From: a virus
IMG/VR virus record: IMGVR_UViG_3300046328_001165
Location: 28,684-92,683 of that record
Length of the DNA: 64,000 bases
Direction: 5' to 3' (one strand)
Below are positions 9,026-18,500 of the stretch, piece after piece. The notes below the pieces were generated by a model. The model did not search any database. It saw only the letters and a program-made list of their open reading frames with translations, and had not been told where the DNA came from. The translations under genes and the position numbers were made by a program. Numbering within the stretch: position 1 is the stretch's first letter; every line of letters begins with the position of its first letter.

Positions 9026-10870
9026 ATGTACGAGATCGCATCTCTATCAAAGGTAGTCCGCCACGATGTCCAAACAGAGGTTAAGGTTCCAGCGCAGAAC
9101 GGACGTAAGGCTTACTCGTATTTTCGCAATGCTAGCGCAGTTAAGAAAGGCGCTGCGGGTGTTGGCGCAGCTCTTGCTATTGGCGGACTGACTGCGGCGG
9201 CGATCGCGCTCAGGAAGAAGTCAGAAGAGTCAAATGCTTTGCCAGCACCAGTTGGGGTTCTCACTCCTATCGTTGCACCTCAATCCACTGCAAGTCGAGC
9301 TGGTGAGTTCGCCAAGAAAGCGGCGATCAAGGCTGGTAGGGTCGCAGGCGGAGCAGTCCTTAATGCTGCGGGAGCCGTAGTTATTGGTCAGGTCTCTGGA
9401 CGTGTTATCAAGGAAGCAGTAAAAGACAGAAGATCTCCTGAGCAAAAAGCGGCAGCTTGGAAGCAAAAGGAGGAAGAAGAAAGAGAAGGGAGGGAAGCTC
9501 GATACGCCGCGTTTTTGCAATCAGATCCTAGGGCTACGGCGAAAGATAATATTGAATATCAAGAGGGGATGGCTCAGAGGGTCGTCGAAAGAGTTCGAGG
9601 CGAGGAGCTAGCGCCCCTCATTGAGCAGGATGTATCAAAATATCTCAAAGAAGTGGAAGTGGCGGAAAAAGATCTTCTAAGCAAGATGTCTAGACCCGAT
9701 CGCCTGCCACCACCAAAGCCAAGACTAGAGGTTGGCGGAGCATTAGCCCCTGTCAACCAACCTCAAACCACTACACCCCCTATTCCAGATCGATTGCCAT
9801 ACAATCCTCGCGCACCCAAGGTGTCTACTAGCGGACTAACTTTTGCTGCAAGCGAACCTTCGGCACAACCTCAAAAACCCAAATTCGTCCAAGTTGCTGG
9901 TCAGGCTGGCGCTGCTTTGGGGCGCTTATATCGGCAAAGTAAAGAGCGGGATCGTATGGCTAGAGAAAATCTGGCGAATAATACCGTAGATCTTAATAAA
10001 GTCGCTGAAGGTGTAGGTCGAGGCGCTAGGTCTGTGTTGAGTGCTGTTGAGGGGTTCGCCCGTAAAGCCAAGCAAAGAGTTTCTGAAGATATCCAAACAA
10101 TTGACATAAAAGCCGAAGAGGTAAAAGAGTCGAAGGCATCTGAGGATCTCAAGGGAGTTCAGACCAACGCGCTTCCCGAAGGTGGCAAGAGAAAACCTGG
10201 TCGCCCGAAGACCAAGTTTACGCCTAAAGATTTTATTAGCCCAGACAGTAAACGGGCGAGAAACAACTCCATTTATATGCGTATTGACAGCTTTGTTGAT
10301 CGGCTCCGCAAGGATACCCAAATCGAAGTCAAAGTCCCAGCGCAGAACGGGCGCAAGGCTTACTCGTATTTCCGCGAAGGCAATGAAGGCGAGGTGGGTT
10401 CTCCACGGATACCCTCCCGCAAAATTGTAGCGGGTGTTGGAGGCGCGATTGCGGCGGCTGGGTTGGCTGGATTAGCAGCGATCGCACTGAGAAACAGATC
10501 GGAAGCGATGAAGACTGTTGCGCCCGATGCGAAGCCTAAAAAAGCGATTGATATCAAAAAAGATATTGTTATCCCTTCAGTGATTGGGGCGAGTAAAATC
10601 GTTTTAACCGCAGAACTGGTGAAAGGTCTTAATGGTGTGGTATCTAAAGTTAGGGGAGTTAAACCCTCGGTGAAGGAAGAGTCGAAGACTGTTCCCGATC
10701 TGAAAGCCCCCAAGCCCGATCCTAGTGGCAAGGAAACGATTACGCCCGAAGAATCGGCAAAAGTAGATCCAGTAGTGGAAGTACCCTCCTTACCCGCCGA
10801 GCCAGAAGAGTCGAAGGTAGTTGCTCCAAAACGAGGAAGGAAGCCTCGCGCTGTCAAGCAGGCTTCGTAA
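9026..10870 (+). CDS. RxD/KAYSY two-module protein
   Basis: Two copies of RxD.Q.EVKVPAQNGRKAYSYFR, each followed by a hydrophobic Gly/Ala helix; low-complexity basic linkers. Confidence 0.75.
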   Translation: MYEIASLSKVVRHDVQTEVKVPAQNGRKAYSYFRNASAVKKGAAGVGAALAIGGLTAAAIALRKKSEESNALPAPVGVLTPIVAPQSTASRAGEFAKKAAIKAGRVAGGAVLNAAGAVVIGQVSGRVIKEAVKDRRSPEQKAAAWKQKEEEEREGREARYAAFLQSDPRATAKDNIEYQEGMAQRVVERVRGEELAPLIEQDVSKYLKEVEVAEKDLLSKMSRPDRLPPPKPRLEVGGALAPVNQPQTTTPPIPDRLPYNPRAPKVSTSGLTFAASEPSAQPQKPKFVQVAGQAGAALGRLYRQSKERDRMARENLANNTVDLNKVAEGVGRGARSVLSAVEGFARKAKQRVSEDIQTIDIKAEEVKESKASEDLKGVQTNALPEGGKRKPGRPKTKFTPKDFISPDSKRARNNSIYMRIDSFVDRLRKDTQIEVKVPAQNGRKAYSYFREGNEGEVGSPRIPSRKIVAGVGGAIAAAGLAGLAAIALRNRSEAMKTVAPDAKPKKAIDIKKDIVIPSVIGASKIVLTAELVKGLNGVVSKVRGVKPSVKEESKTVPDLKAPKPDPSGKETITPEESAKVDPVVEVPSLPAEPEESKVVAPKRGRKPRAVKQAS

Positions 10871-10897
10871 TCACAGAAAAATGGCAGACAGGTAATC

Positions 10898-13525
10898 ATG
10901 TACGCGATCGCACCAACACCAGTAATTCAAAACGCAGATCCACTCGCAGCCAGAAAGATAATCGCGAGAATATTAACTCGCATAATTTCTCGCGCTTACG
11001 GAAGCATCGACCAAATCGTTAGTATCGACATTGCTGATGATGGTCTGATTACCTGTCTATTTCGTGACGACGACAAAGATCGAAAGTTAATTCGATTAGT
11101 GTTAGGCGATCGCGCTGAATACAGACAAATTCTTGATGGGCGTAATGATTCGCTAAATATCGATACAGATCAGTATTTAGTCGCGTATGCCAATAGTATT
11201 GGTCAGCGTACCGACAAGGTATCTAAACCGAATAACTGCAAAATAGGTACATCCTGTAAGGGCGCTTGCATCTCTAAGACCGATGTTTGTCGTGTCGATG
11301 TACCAGAGGTTTTGAATAGGCAGGAGATTTCCGATCTGAATGACGCGGTAAACGACGTTCAGAGGGCAAAATTTGTTGGTGTTGCGCCAGTTTCGGACGA
11401 ACTTGATAGCAAGAATATTCGCGAATTGAAGGATGAAGCCCGTAAAAGGGGCGTGTACCGCTATTCGTACATGAATCAATCTCAGTTGCGAGAGTCTATT
11501 CGTTTGCAACAGGCTAATCCCGAACGCCAAAATATTGTGCGAGAAGGGCTAAGCCGTAATGCGGCGAGTAAGAAAGCGCTCAAAAGCTTACTGCCTCAGC
11601 CTGTGGCTGGAGCATGGAAAGACATTGAGAAAATCAGTAAATTCTTTGGCGACAATCGCCCTGCGGCAGGAGTATTGGCGGCAAGCGTATTGCTAGGTAT
11701 TCCATCGTCGGTAATGCTTTCAGCTCGCGATCGCTACAAAGAAGGCTTACCCGAATCGGCACTAATGGCATATCAAAGATCGCAAACCACCCCCGTAGAG
11801 CCAACTAGCAAACCTCAAATCACTTTTGCTGTAGGTGGGTTCTCTAATCTCGGATCTTCGGGCAGTAAAGTTGCTGAATACTTGAAGACACCTTTAGACA
11901 CATCGAAGCGCGAGCAGTGGTTTAACAAGACCCAAGAAATCATCGCCTTTGATAGTCCTGAATTTAATGTTCCTCCTACAAAAATCGACAAAAAAGACAA
12001 GGATGGTAAATACAATCCGTTGTACTTGGGGTATGTTGCCAAGGAAAGTTTTGGTAAATATCTAAGCAATGTTGTAGGCGGCAGAAATGAAGCTGCTGTA
12101 GACTTGGCTTCCAAGTTATATGCTTATGGCTCCAAGTACCGTAACAAACCTTTAAACGTCGTTAGCTATGGTTCTGGTGGCAATGTAATCGACGAAGCTG
12201 CGGAAATCGTTAGCCGCATCAAGCCAGAAAAGGGGCTTGATGGCAGGGAGATCTTAAAGCGGCTAAATATTGCCAGACTTGGCGGAGCCTCTTTTGGTTT
12301 AACTGGTGGCACAACTCAAGACGAAAAGAACTGGGCAAGTATTAATAACCGTACTATCACGTCAAAAAACGATCCGTTTTCGATCCTACCCAAGAGGTTC
12401 TCTCAATTTGTTAGCTCTGTAAAGGGTGGTGAGATTGAGGATTACCTGACGAATAGCGATGCTAGAGACAAGATTCGTGAGGTGTTTGGCTTCTTCTCCA
12501 ACTCTGCTGCGGGAAGTAAGATAACCAATGAAGCGAGTGACGAGATCAAGAAATCCTTGAAGGATGTAGCTAAGACGATCAATCCAAAGCTCGGAAAGTT
12601 GGCGAACCTGATTGACGGCATCTCGTCGAAATACTCAAACAACCCCGTAGCGGCGGCGATCGATACTGCTGGGGCTTTAGCTGTCACGGGTGTTGCCGTG
12701 GTCGCTAAGTCCAAGCTTAATTACAAAGAGAATCTTGGCAACTCGGCAAGCAAAGCTCAGGAGATGGTTTCTAGTGGGCAGGTCTCCCCCATCTCCATTT
12801 CCAAGCCCAACGTTATTATCACTGTCGGAGATGCCGAGATAGATGGCGATGAGATGAAGAGAAAAATCGAAGGCGCAAAACAAAGCTCTGGGCGGGGGTT
12901 GGTAGCGAATAACTACCTAAATAACAGTGAAGTAATTGCATTTGACAGACCTTTTCTAACACCGCCCTCAAGGAATAAATTTATGGCTCCTGTAGATCTA
13001 ATGGCAAAGACCTATGAAGCTGTTATGAATAGAACGCTAGCAGCGGGTACAGATCCAGAAGCCATTCGACTGGCTGCAAATATTTACGCGATCGCAAACA
13101 CCCCCTACGCGGGTACTGCTAACTCCTATCCGTCTGTCTCCGTCGTGGGACTGAAGCAGGGTGGCGAAACAACGAAAAGGGCTTTGGATATTTTGGAAAA
13201 AATGACCAAGGTTCAGGTTGGGGCAAAGGCAGATCCCAATATAGTTGGTGGAAGATCTGTTTCCTCTGGTCAGGTGCATATCATCACGTTAGGAACCCCT
13301 GAACTCGATTTCGGGGGTAAAGGCGCAAACGCCGCTAGAAATGATTTATGGGTAGATGGGGACATATTTGGGCAAACACCTTTAAAAGGGTCTGCCCCAT
13401 CGTACATCTCTACACAAGGTAATGGCAGTGCTAGTGATTACCTTGAAGCTCCTGTGGTTGCGGATCTATTGGGCAAGCTATCCTCAACCTCGTTTGCGAG
13501 AGCGAAGAAAAATAGGAGGCAGTAA
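10898..13525 (+). CDS. RxD/Cys4 protein with Rho_N-like domain and two degenerate alpha/beta-hydrolase-like domains
   Basis: CKIGTSCKGACISKTDVC; KNIRELKDEARKRGVYRYSYMNQSQLRESI; LNVVSYGSGG...IARLGG...SKNDP and VSVVGLKQGG...IITLGTP...VDGD. Confidence 0.65.
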   Translation: MYAIAPTPVIQNADPLAARKIIARILTRIISRAYGSIDQIVSIDIADDGLITCLFRDDDKDRKLIRLVLGDRAEYRQILDGRNDSLNIDTDQYLVAYANSIGQRTDKVSKPNNCKIGTSCKGACISKTDVCRVDVPEVLNRQEISDLNDAVNDVQRAKFVGVAPVSDELDSKNIRELKDEARKRGVYRYSYMNQSQLRESIRLQQANPERQNIVREGLSRNAASKKALKSLLPQPVAGAWKDIEKISKFFGDNRPAAGVLAASVLLGIPSSVMLSARDRYKEGLPESALMAYQRSQTTPVEPTSKPQITFAVGGFSNLGSSGSKVAEYLKTPLDTSKREQWFNKTQEIIAFDSPEFNVPPTKIDKKDKDGKYNPLYLGYVAKESFGKYLSNVVGGRNEAAVDLASKLYAYGSKYRNKPLNVVSYGSGGNVIDEAAEIVSRIKPEKGLDGREILKRLNIARLGGASFGLTGGTTQDEKNWASINNRTITSKNDPFSILPKRFSQFVSSVKGGEIEDYLTNSDARDKIREVFGFFSNSAAGSKITNEASDEIKKSLKDVAKTINPKLGKLANLIDGISSKYSNNPVAAAIDTAGALAVTGVAVVAKSKLNYKENLGNSASKAQEMVSSGQVSPISISKPNVIITVGDAEIDGDEMKRKIEGAKQSSGRGLVANNYLNNSEVIAFDRPFLTPPSRNKFMAPVDLMAKTYEAVMNRTLAAGTDPEAIRLAANIYAIANTPYAGTANSYPSVSVVGLKQGGETTKRALDILEKMTKVQVGAKADPNIVGGRSVSSGQVHIITLGTPELDFGGKGANAARNDLWVDGDIFGQTPLKGSAPSYISTQGNGSASDYLEAPVVADLLGKLSSTSFARAKKNRRQ

Positions 13526-13983
13526 TGAAATTAGATACCAAAATCAAGGTTGACGTGCCAGCAGCGCAAGGGCGAAAAGCGTACAGCTACGCTTTAGCTC
13601 TTAAAAGCCTAAAGCGACGCGAAAAAAGGGCTCAGTCTAATTCAGACTCAAGCAGATTAGACACAACATGCGATCGCGGCAAACCATGCCAAGGCGAAGA
13701 CGGACAAACTTACTGCATCCCCCAAGGGGCTACCTGCGGTAAAGGCAAGGTCGGCAGAATCATCAAAGGTGTTGCTGGCGCGGTTGGTCGCGGCGTGATT
13801 ACTGGCTTAACTGCCGCCGCGATCGCCAAACTTGCTAGCAAGGGTAAGGCTGGGTTGAAAGAGGATTTTAATACGGCGAAGATCATTTTTAATGCGGGTC
13901 GCACCACTGGCAAGATTGAGTCCAAGGTGGCGAATGGGGTCAAAGCTGTTAGTCGGATAATTAAGAACCGAGGTAAGAAATGA
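13525..13983 (+). CDS. KAYSY plus RxD/Cys4 modular protein
   Basis: KLDTKIKVDVPAAQGRKAYSY and RLDTTCDRGKPC...CIPQGATC plus Gly/Ala helix; TAATG coupling. Confidence 0.7.
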   Translation: MKLDTKIKVDVPAAQGRKAYSYALALKSLKRREKRAQSNSDSSRLDTTCDRGKPCQGEDGQTYCIPQGATCGKGKVGRIIKGVAGAVGRGVITGLTAAAIAKLASKGKAGLKEDFNTAKIIFNAGRTTGKIESKVANGVKAVSRIIKNRGKK

Positions 13984-15095
13984 CAAGAGATTTAGCGGAC
14001 GACCTAGCCTACCTTGAGGGGCAGATATCCGTGGCTCTACGCCATGATGCTGGCAGAAAGCTCAAATGTAAAGAAGGCTACGTTCAGCGCGGGAATGCCT
14101 GCCAAAAAGTCACTAAGAAGGCTTCTGGAGGTAATCTCGCGAGGAGTATTGGTACGGGCTTGGGTGTTGCGGCTTTAGCTGGAGGTGCGGCGGCTGGAGT
14201 GGCGATCGCGTCAAGACGGGGCAGTCAATCAGGCAATTCGCCTGTAAGCAAACCAGATACTTTGCCTGCAAAAATCGAGACGGTTTCCTCGGCTTTACTC
14301 CCCAAAAGAAGAGAATTGATCGCGTATAAAGCGTCAAAGGTGCTCTCAGATAAGCGGGTTCGCAAAGCGGCGATCGCGGCAGGTAGTACTGGAGCTGTAA
14401 TTGCAACAGTTGTCGGAATAGGCAGTGTAAAGCTAACCAAAGATTATGCGGTTAAAGACATTGCATTGATAATGACCTACAAGCAGAGCTTGATACTAGG
14501 GAAAGCCGCAGATCGCATCCTAGATAAATCCGATATAAACCCAGACTTAAAAGGTAAGGCTAAGGACTTGATTGGTATGACCAAATTAGCCTTGGCTAGA
14601 AAAACTATGTCCGTCAAGGGTCGCGACCTTATCGATGTGGATAAGGAGTCAAACAGCTTTACATATAGAGACAGAAAGAATGGAGGGATTTATACAGTAG
14701 CTTCTGTTGGTCCAGCCTTGTATACCTTTACCAGCGTGTTTAAAAAAGAGGTTTCCGCAGGGAAAGTTTACGAGGTTTCTTTTGCTATAAACGAATCCAA
14801 CAATAGGGAAGAATCAGCGAATCTTGGGGCTTCAGGAGCTAAGCAAATTATAAGATTAACAAGACAGTCTTTCGACAAGCATGTTGAAGCCGTGCCCGAC
14901 AATGTAATTCTAACCGCAGGTGCTTACGACAAAGATGGTGCAGGAAAAAAGCGTAAAAACATCTATGAGAATGTCGGTTTTGCCCCTATGGAGGGTCAAG
15001 ATCCTATGGTCTTGTACGCAGCAAAGAAGGATGGAAAACTTCAGCCGCTGTCGAGTGTCTACAGCGTGAAGAAACCCCCAGAAGCTAAGACTTAA
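13980..15095 (+). CDS. RxD/Cys protein with C-terminal GNAT-like domain
   Basis: RHDAGRKLKCKEGYVQRGNAC; hydrophobic helices; C-terminal YEVSF...KRKNIYENVGF. Confidence 0.55.
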   Translation: MTRDLADDLAYLEGQISVALRHDAGRKLKCKEGYVQRGNACQKVTKKASGGNLARSIGTGLGVAALAGGAAAGVAIASRRGSQSGNSPVSKPDTLPAKIETVSSALLPKRRELIAYKASKVLSDKRVRKAAIAAGSTGAVIATVVGIGSVKLTKDYAVKDIALIMTYKQSLILGKAADRILDKSDINPDLKGKAKDLIGMTKLALARKTMSVKGRDLIDVDKESNSFTYRDRKNGGIYTVASVGPALYTFTSVFKKEVSAGKVYEVSFAINESNNREESANLGASGAKQIIRLTRQSFDKHVEAVPDNVILTAGAYDKDGAGKKRKNIYENVGFAPMEGQDPMVLYAAKKDGKLQPLSSVYSVKKPPEAKT

Positions 15096-15103
15096 TCATG
15101 AGG

Positions 15104-15132
15104 TTTATAACAGGCGATGATCGCGCTATAAT
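15104..15132 (+). promoter_or_regulatory. Sigma70-type promoter of moron gene
   Basis: TTTATA-N17-TATAAT, with the -10 box 21 nt upstream of ATG 15154. Confidence 0.55.
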
Positions 15133-15153
15133 GCCACAAAACTATGTAAAGCG

Positions 15154-15498
15154 ATGAGAAAGATCTTAATCGGATTAACGGGTGGATTGGCAGCTATTAT
15201 AGTTTTCAACCACATTCGCGCTGACCTTGCAGCCTCAGCCATACACAAGGAATACAAGCGATGTGAAACAGGCTATAAGCTTCTAGGTAAAAAGGAGCGC
15301 TTTTTAAAAAATCTTGCAGAATCAGGCGAGAGTCAGGAAAAACATGCATCCACAATAAAAAGCATGGATGAGGTGGAGGATAGTTGTGCAAAATACAGTA
15401 AATACTTCGGCGAGTGGGGCGAAGGGAGAATCAAGCCATCAGACAATCTGGTATGGGCGTTATTGTCGCGATATGAGCCAGAAAAATTAAAGCAGTAG
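15154..15498 (+). CDS. Membrane-anchored moron protein (superinfection-exclusion candidate)
   Basis: N-terminal TM MRKILIGLTGGLAAIIVF; AT-rich; own promoter and downstream hairpin; directly before the TMP gene. Confidence 0.6.
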   Translation: MRKILIGLTGGLAAIIVFNHIRADLAASAIHKEYKRCETGYKLLGKKERFLKNLAESGESQEKHASTIKSMDEVEDSCAKYSKYFGEWGEGRIKPSDNLVWALLSRYEPEKLKQ

Positions 15499-15504
15499 TG
15501 AACA

Positions 15505-15548
15505 CCATAAAAATAACTGAGAAGAATATTTCTCGGTTATTTTTATGG
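15505..15548 (+). terminator. Hairpin/terminator overlapping the TMP start codon
   Basis: CCATAAAAATAACTGAGAA-gaatat-TTCTCGGTTATTTTTATGG (19-bp stem, one G-U). Confidence 0.6.
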
Positions 15549-18500
15549 CTTCCCAGCAAACAAACGTTGTCGAGATCTTAATACAAGCCAAAGATCAAGC
15601 CTCAAAGACGATTGGCACATTAAGCGACTCACTTGGCACGGCTGGAGCCGCAGCTCAGTTTGCTCAGGGAAAAATAACAGCTCTTGGTGGCGCATTGCTC
15701 ACCACGTCTGTTTCTGGTATCAAGTCTTTAGGGTTGTTAGGTAGCGCGATTCAGTCGATTCGCTCGTCACTGGATACCCCTGTTGGGCAAACATTGATCC
15801 AACAGATCTCCTTGGCAGCGGACGAGGCTCTTGGCAAAGCAGCTAAACTCTCGACGCTAGTTAAAGAAGTATCTGGTGTATCCAAGGATTTTGGATCGGG
15901 CTTTGCGTCAAGGTCTTCGAGTAGCACGATTCAGCTATTCGACCCGTCGGTAACTGGGAAGCAGTTAGAAAACGTAGTTATCAAGACGGCTGATACATTT
16001 TCTAGGTCTCTTGAACAAAAGGTTAGAAATTCCGATCTAGCAACAGCGTTTGAATCCAAACTCGGCGTAAGTATAGATTCGATCGCTTCTCAGTTGGACA
16101 GCTCACTGTCTGAAACTCTTCTTTCAGGATTTGTGGGTAAGACGCTACCCAGCGCCCTTGACACGGCGTTAGGTAGCGTCTTCGGCGTGAACCTCACCTC
16201 AAAAATTGTTCAATCTATACAAGCCGCAGGTAAGTCAAACCTTCTTGGCGGAGCTGTTGGTAAACTGGCTCAGGGGTCCGTAAGCGGGGCGGCAAGAGAA
16301 TTGGTGATCGGAGAGCTAACCCCAAATCTTGAAGGGGCGCAGTTGGCTGGAGCCAAACTGTCTAATGTCTTTGGTAAGAAAGTAGCTCAAGCGGTATTAG
16401 GAGAAAGAACTCCTGCTAGCGCAGAATTTAAGCAGATTGACGAGCAATTAGGTGGGGCGCTTGGTGATGTCATTAGCCGCCTTGGGCAAAGATTCCCTGA
16501 TGTTCTTGGAAAAAGCGACCTCCCTATCGGCAAGTTACTTGCCACCAAGTTGAGGGGGCTTGCTGAGGTTACATCAAAAAACGAATTACAGGCAGCAGGG
16601 AATCTGTTTGTTGAAACAGCCTTTTCTGGGTTAAGGGGCATTCGCAAGGACTTTTTGGGCGACGACTTGAATGCGGTTTTTGATCTTGTCATAGCACCAG
16701 CTTTCGACGCTCAGAAGGAAAACCTGAAAAAGCTGATTGGCATAGATTCCGACACATTTTCTCAAGGGTTTTTAGACCCGCTCAAAAAAGCGTCTAAAAA
16801 TCTAGCGAAGGGCTTTGACGACAGCTTAGAGGCAGGGCTTGGTGCGCTAGGGAATGGAGGTGCAATCGCCGAGTACTTGGGGGATGTTGATGAGTTTTTA
16901 GGTGGTGGGATAACAGAAGCCTTATCTCTTGCGGGGAATAAAGCCGCCTCCAGTTTTGCTGACGGGTTTAGAAGCGCAATTTTTGAGGAAATTACTGGCG
17001 TAATCGACAATGTTGACGCTTTTGTTCTGGGAAATTTAGAACAGGTTAAACAGATCCCCCAGAAGCTTACACAGCCCGTTGGCTTGGTGTCATTGGTTGC
17101 AGATCCACTCGCGGGTGCTACCGAGCCGCTAGAGCTTTTTGAGTTGCTTGAAGCGGGTGCGGGTAAGGCAACCAACGCCATTTTTGAGGTTTCTCAGCGA
17201 CTAACATTCCTTTCTTTTGGCTTTCAAGCTCTCCAAGGTTTCGTTCAAAACGGTCCATTCGATCTGCTTATTGGGCAGAATGCGAGACTGCAAGAACAAC
17301 TTCTAGCGACACAGGCGAGCCTTGTAGCCACAAACAAGATTCTTCAGAATGGCGTCGTAATTTCCGATCCGACAGCAGCTATCAAGGCTTTGGGTCCTGC
17401 GGTTGAAGGTGCGATCGCCAAAATTCGGAAAGACTCACTAGAGCTTGTCGGCGTAACCTCCAAAGATCTCGTAGATTTATTTCAGATTGTTGCTGGTCAG
17501 GCAAGTAATATTGGGGCGAACCTAGATCAGTCCGCCAATATTGTCACGTCAACCGCTGCTGCGCTCGGAACTCTAGGCATCCCTTTGTTTCAGGCAAGGC
17601 AAGAAATCACCTCAATCGTGCAGGGGACGATTGACCAAAACTCTTTGCTAGCCAAAAACTTGAATCTCAACAATGAGATGGTCAACAAGTGGAAGGCACA
17701 GGGAACCTTCGTTGACGAGCTGTTAAAAAGACTGGAAGCGTTTAGGGCGGGGAACAAACTCGCCAGTCAGACGATATCGGGGATTACGAGTAACATTACC
17801 GAACTTTTTGATGAGATTGGACGCAAGGCAGGGGCTAAATTTTTAAGCCCGATTGTCAAGGAATTGGACAATGTTTATCAGTTTCTTGCGGCAAACCAAG
17901 AGACGATTTCAGCCCAAGTTGAGCAGCTTGTTTCTACGTTATTCGTAGCCTTTGACAAGATCGTAGTCCTGTTTAAGTCTTTGGGAGATCCGATCGCCAA
18001 AATCTTTGGTGGCATTCCTGCTTACTTAACAGGTTCGTTGGTCGGGGCTATTACCGCGTTCTCTGATGCAATAGTTTTTACCGTAAACGTTCTCAAGCCA
18101 GCTATCTCTGTGTTTGCCGAGGTTTTTAAACTTATTGCGCCGCTAGGGGGCTTATTTATAACGGCTTCCATCGGTGCAAAGGTCCTATCCGCAGGGATAC
18201 TAGGTCTGGGGCAAGGGTTTGGGTTTCTCGCAAAACTTCTACCTGGTCTTGGCGAACTACTCTTTCTTGTTGATAAGAGATCTAACAGTCTTTTTAATCA
18301 GTTTCTAAACCTTACATCGGTATTAGGTAATAGGGGAGCGGCAGGTTTTCTAACCTTTGCGGCAAATTTAGACAAGATACCTGGAGCCGCAGGTTTCGCT
18401 ACCAAGCAATTGCAGGGTCTTCTTGGTAGTCTAGCTCCTTTGTCTGGGTTTCTGGTCTCTTTAGCGCCTCAAGTCGGGGGGTTGGGAATAAAGCTGGCGG

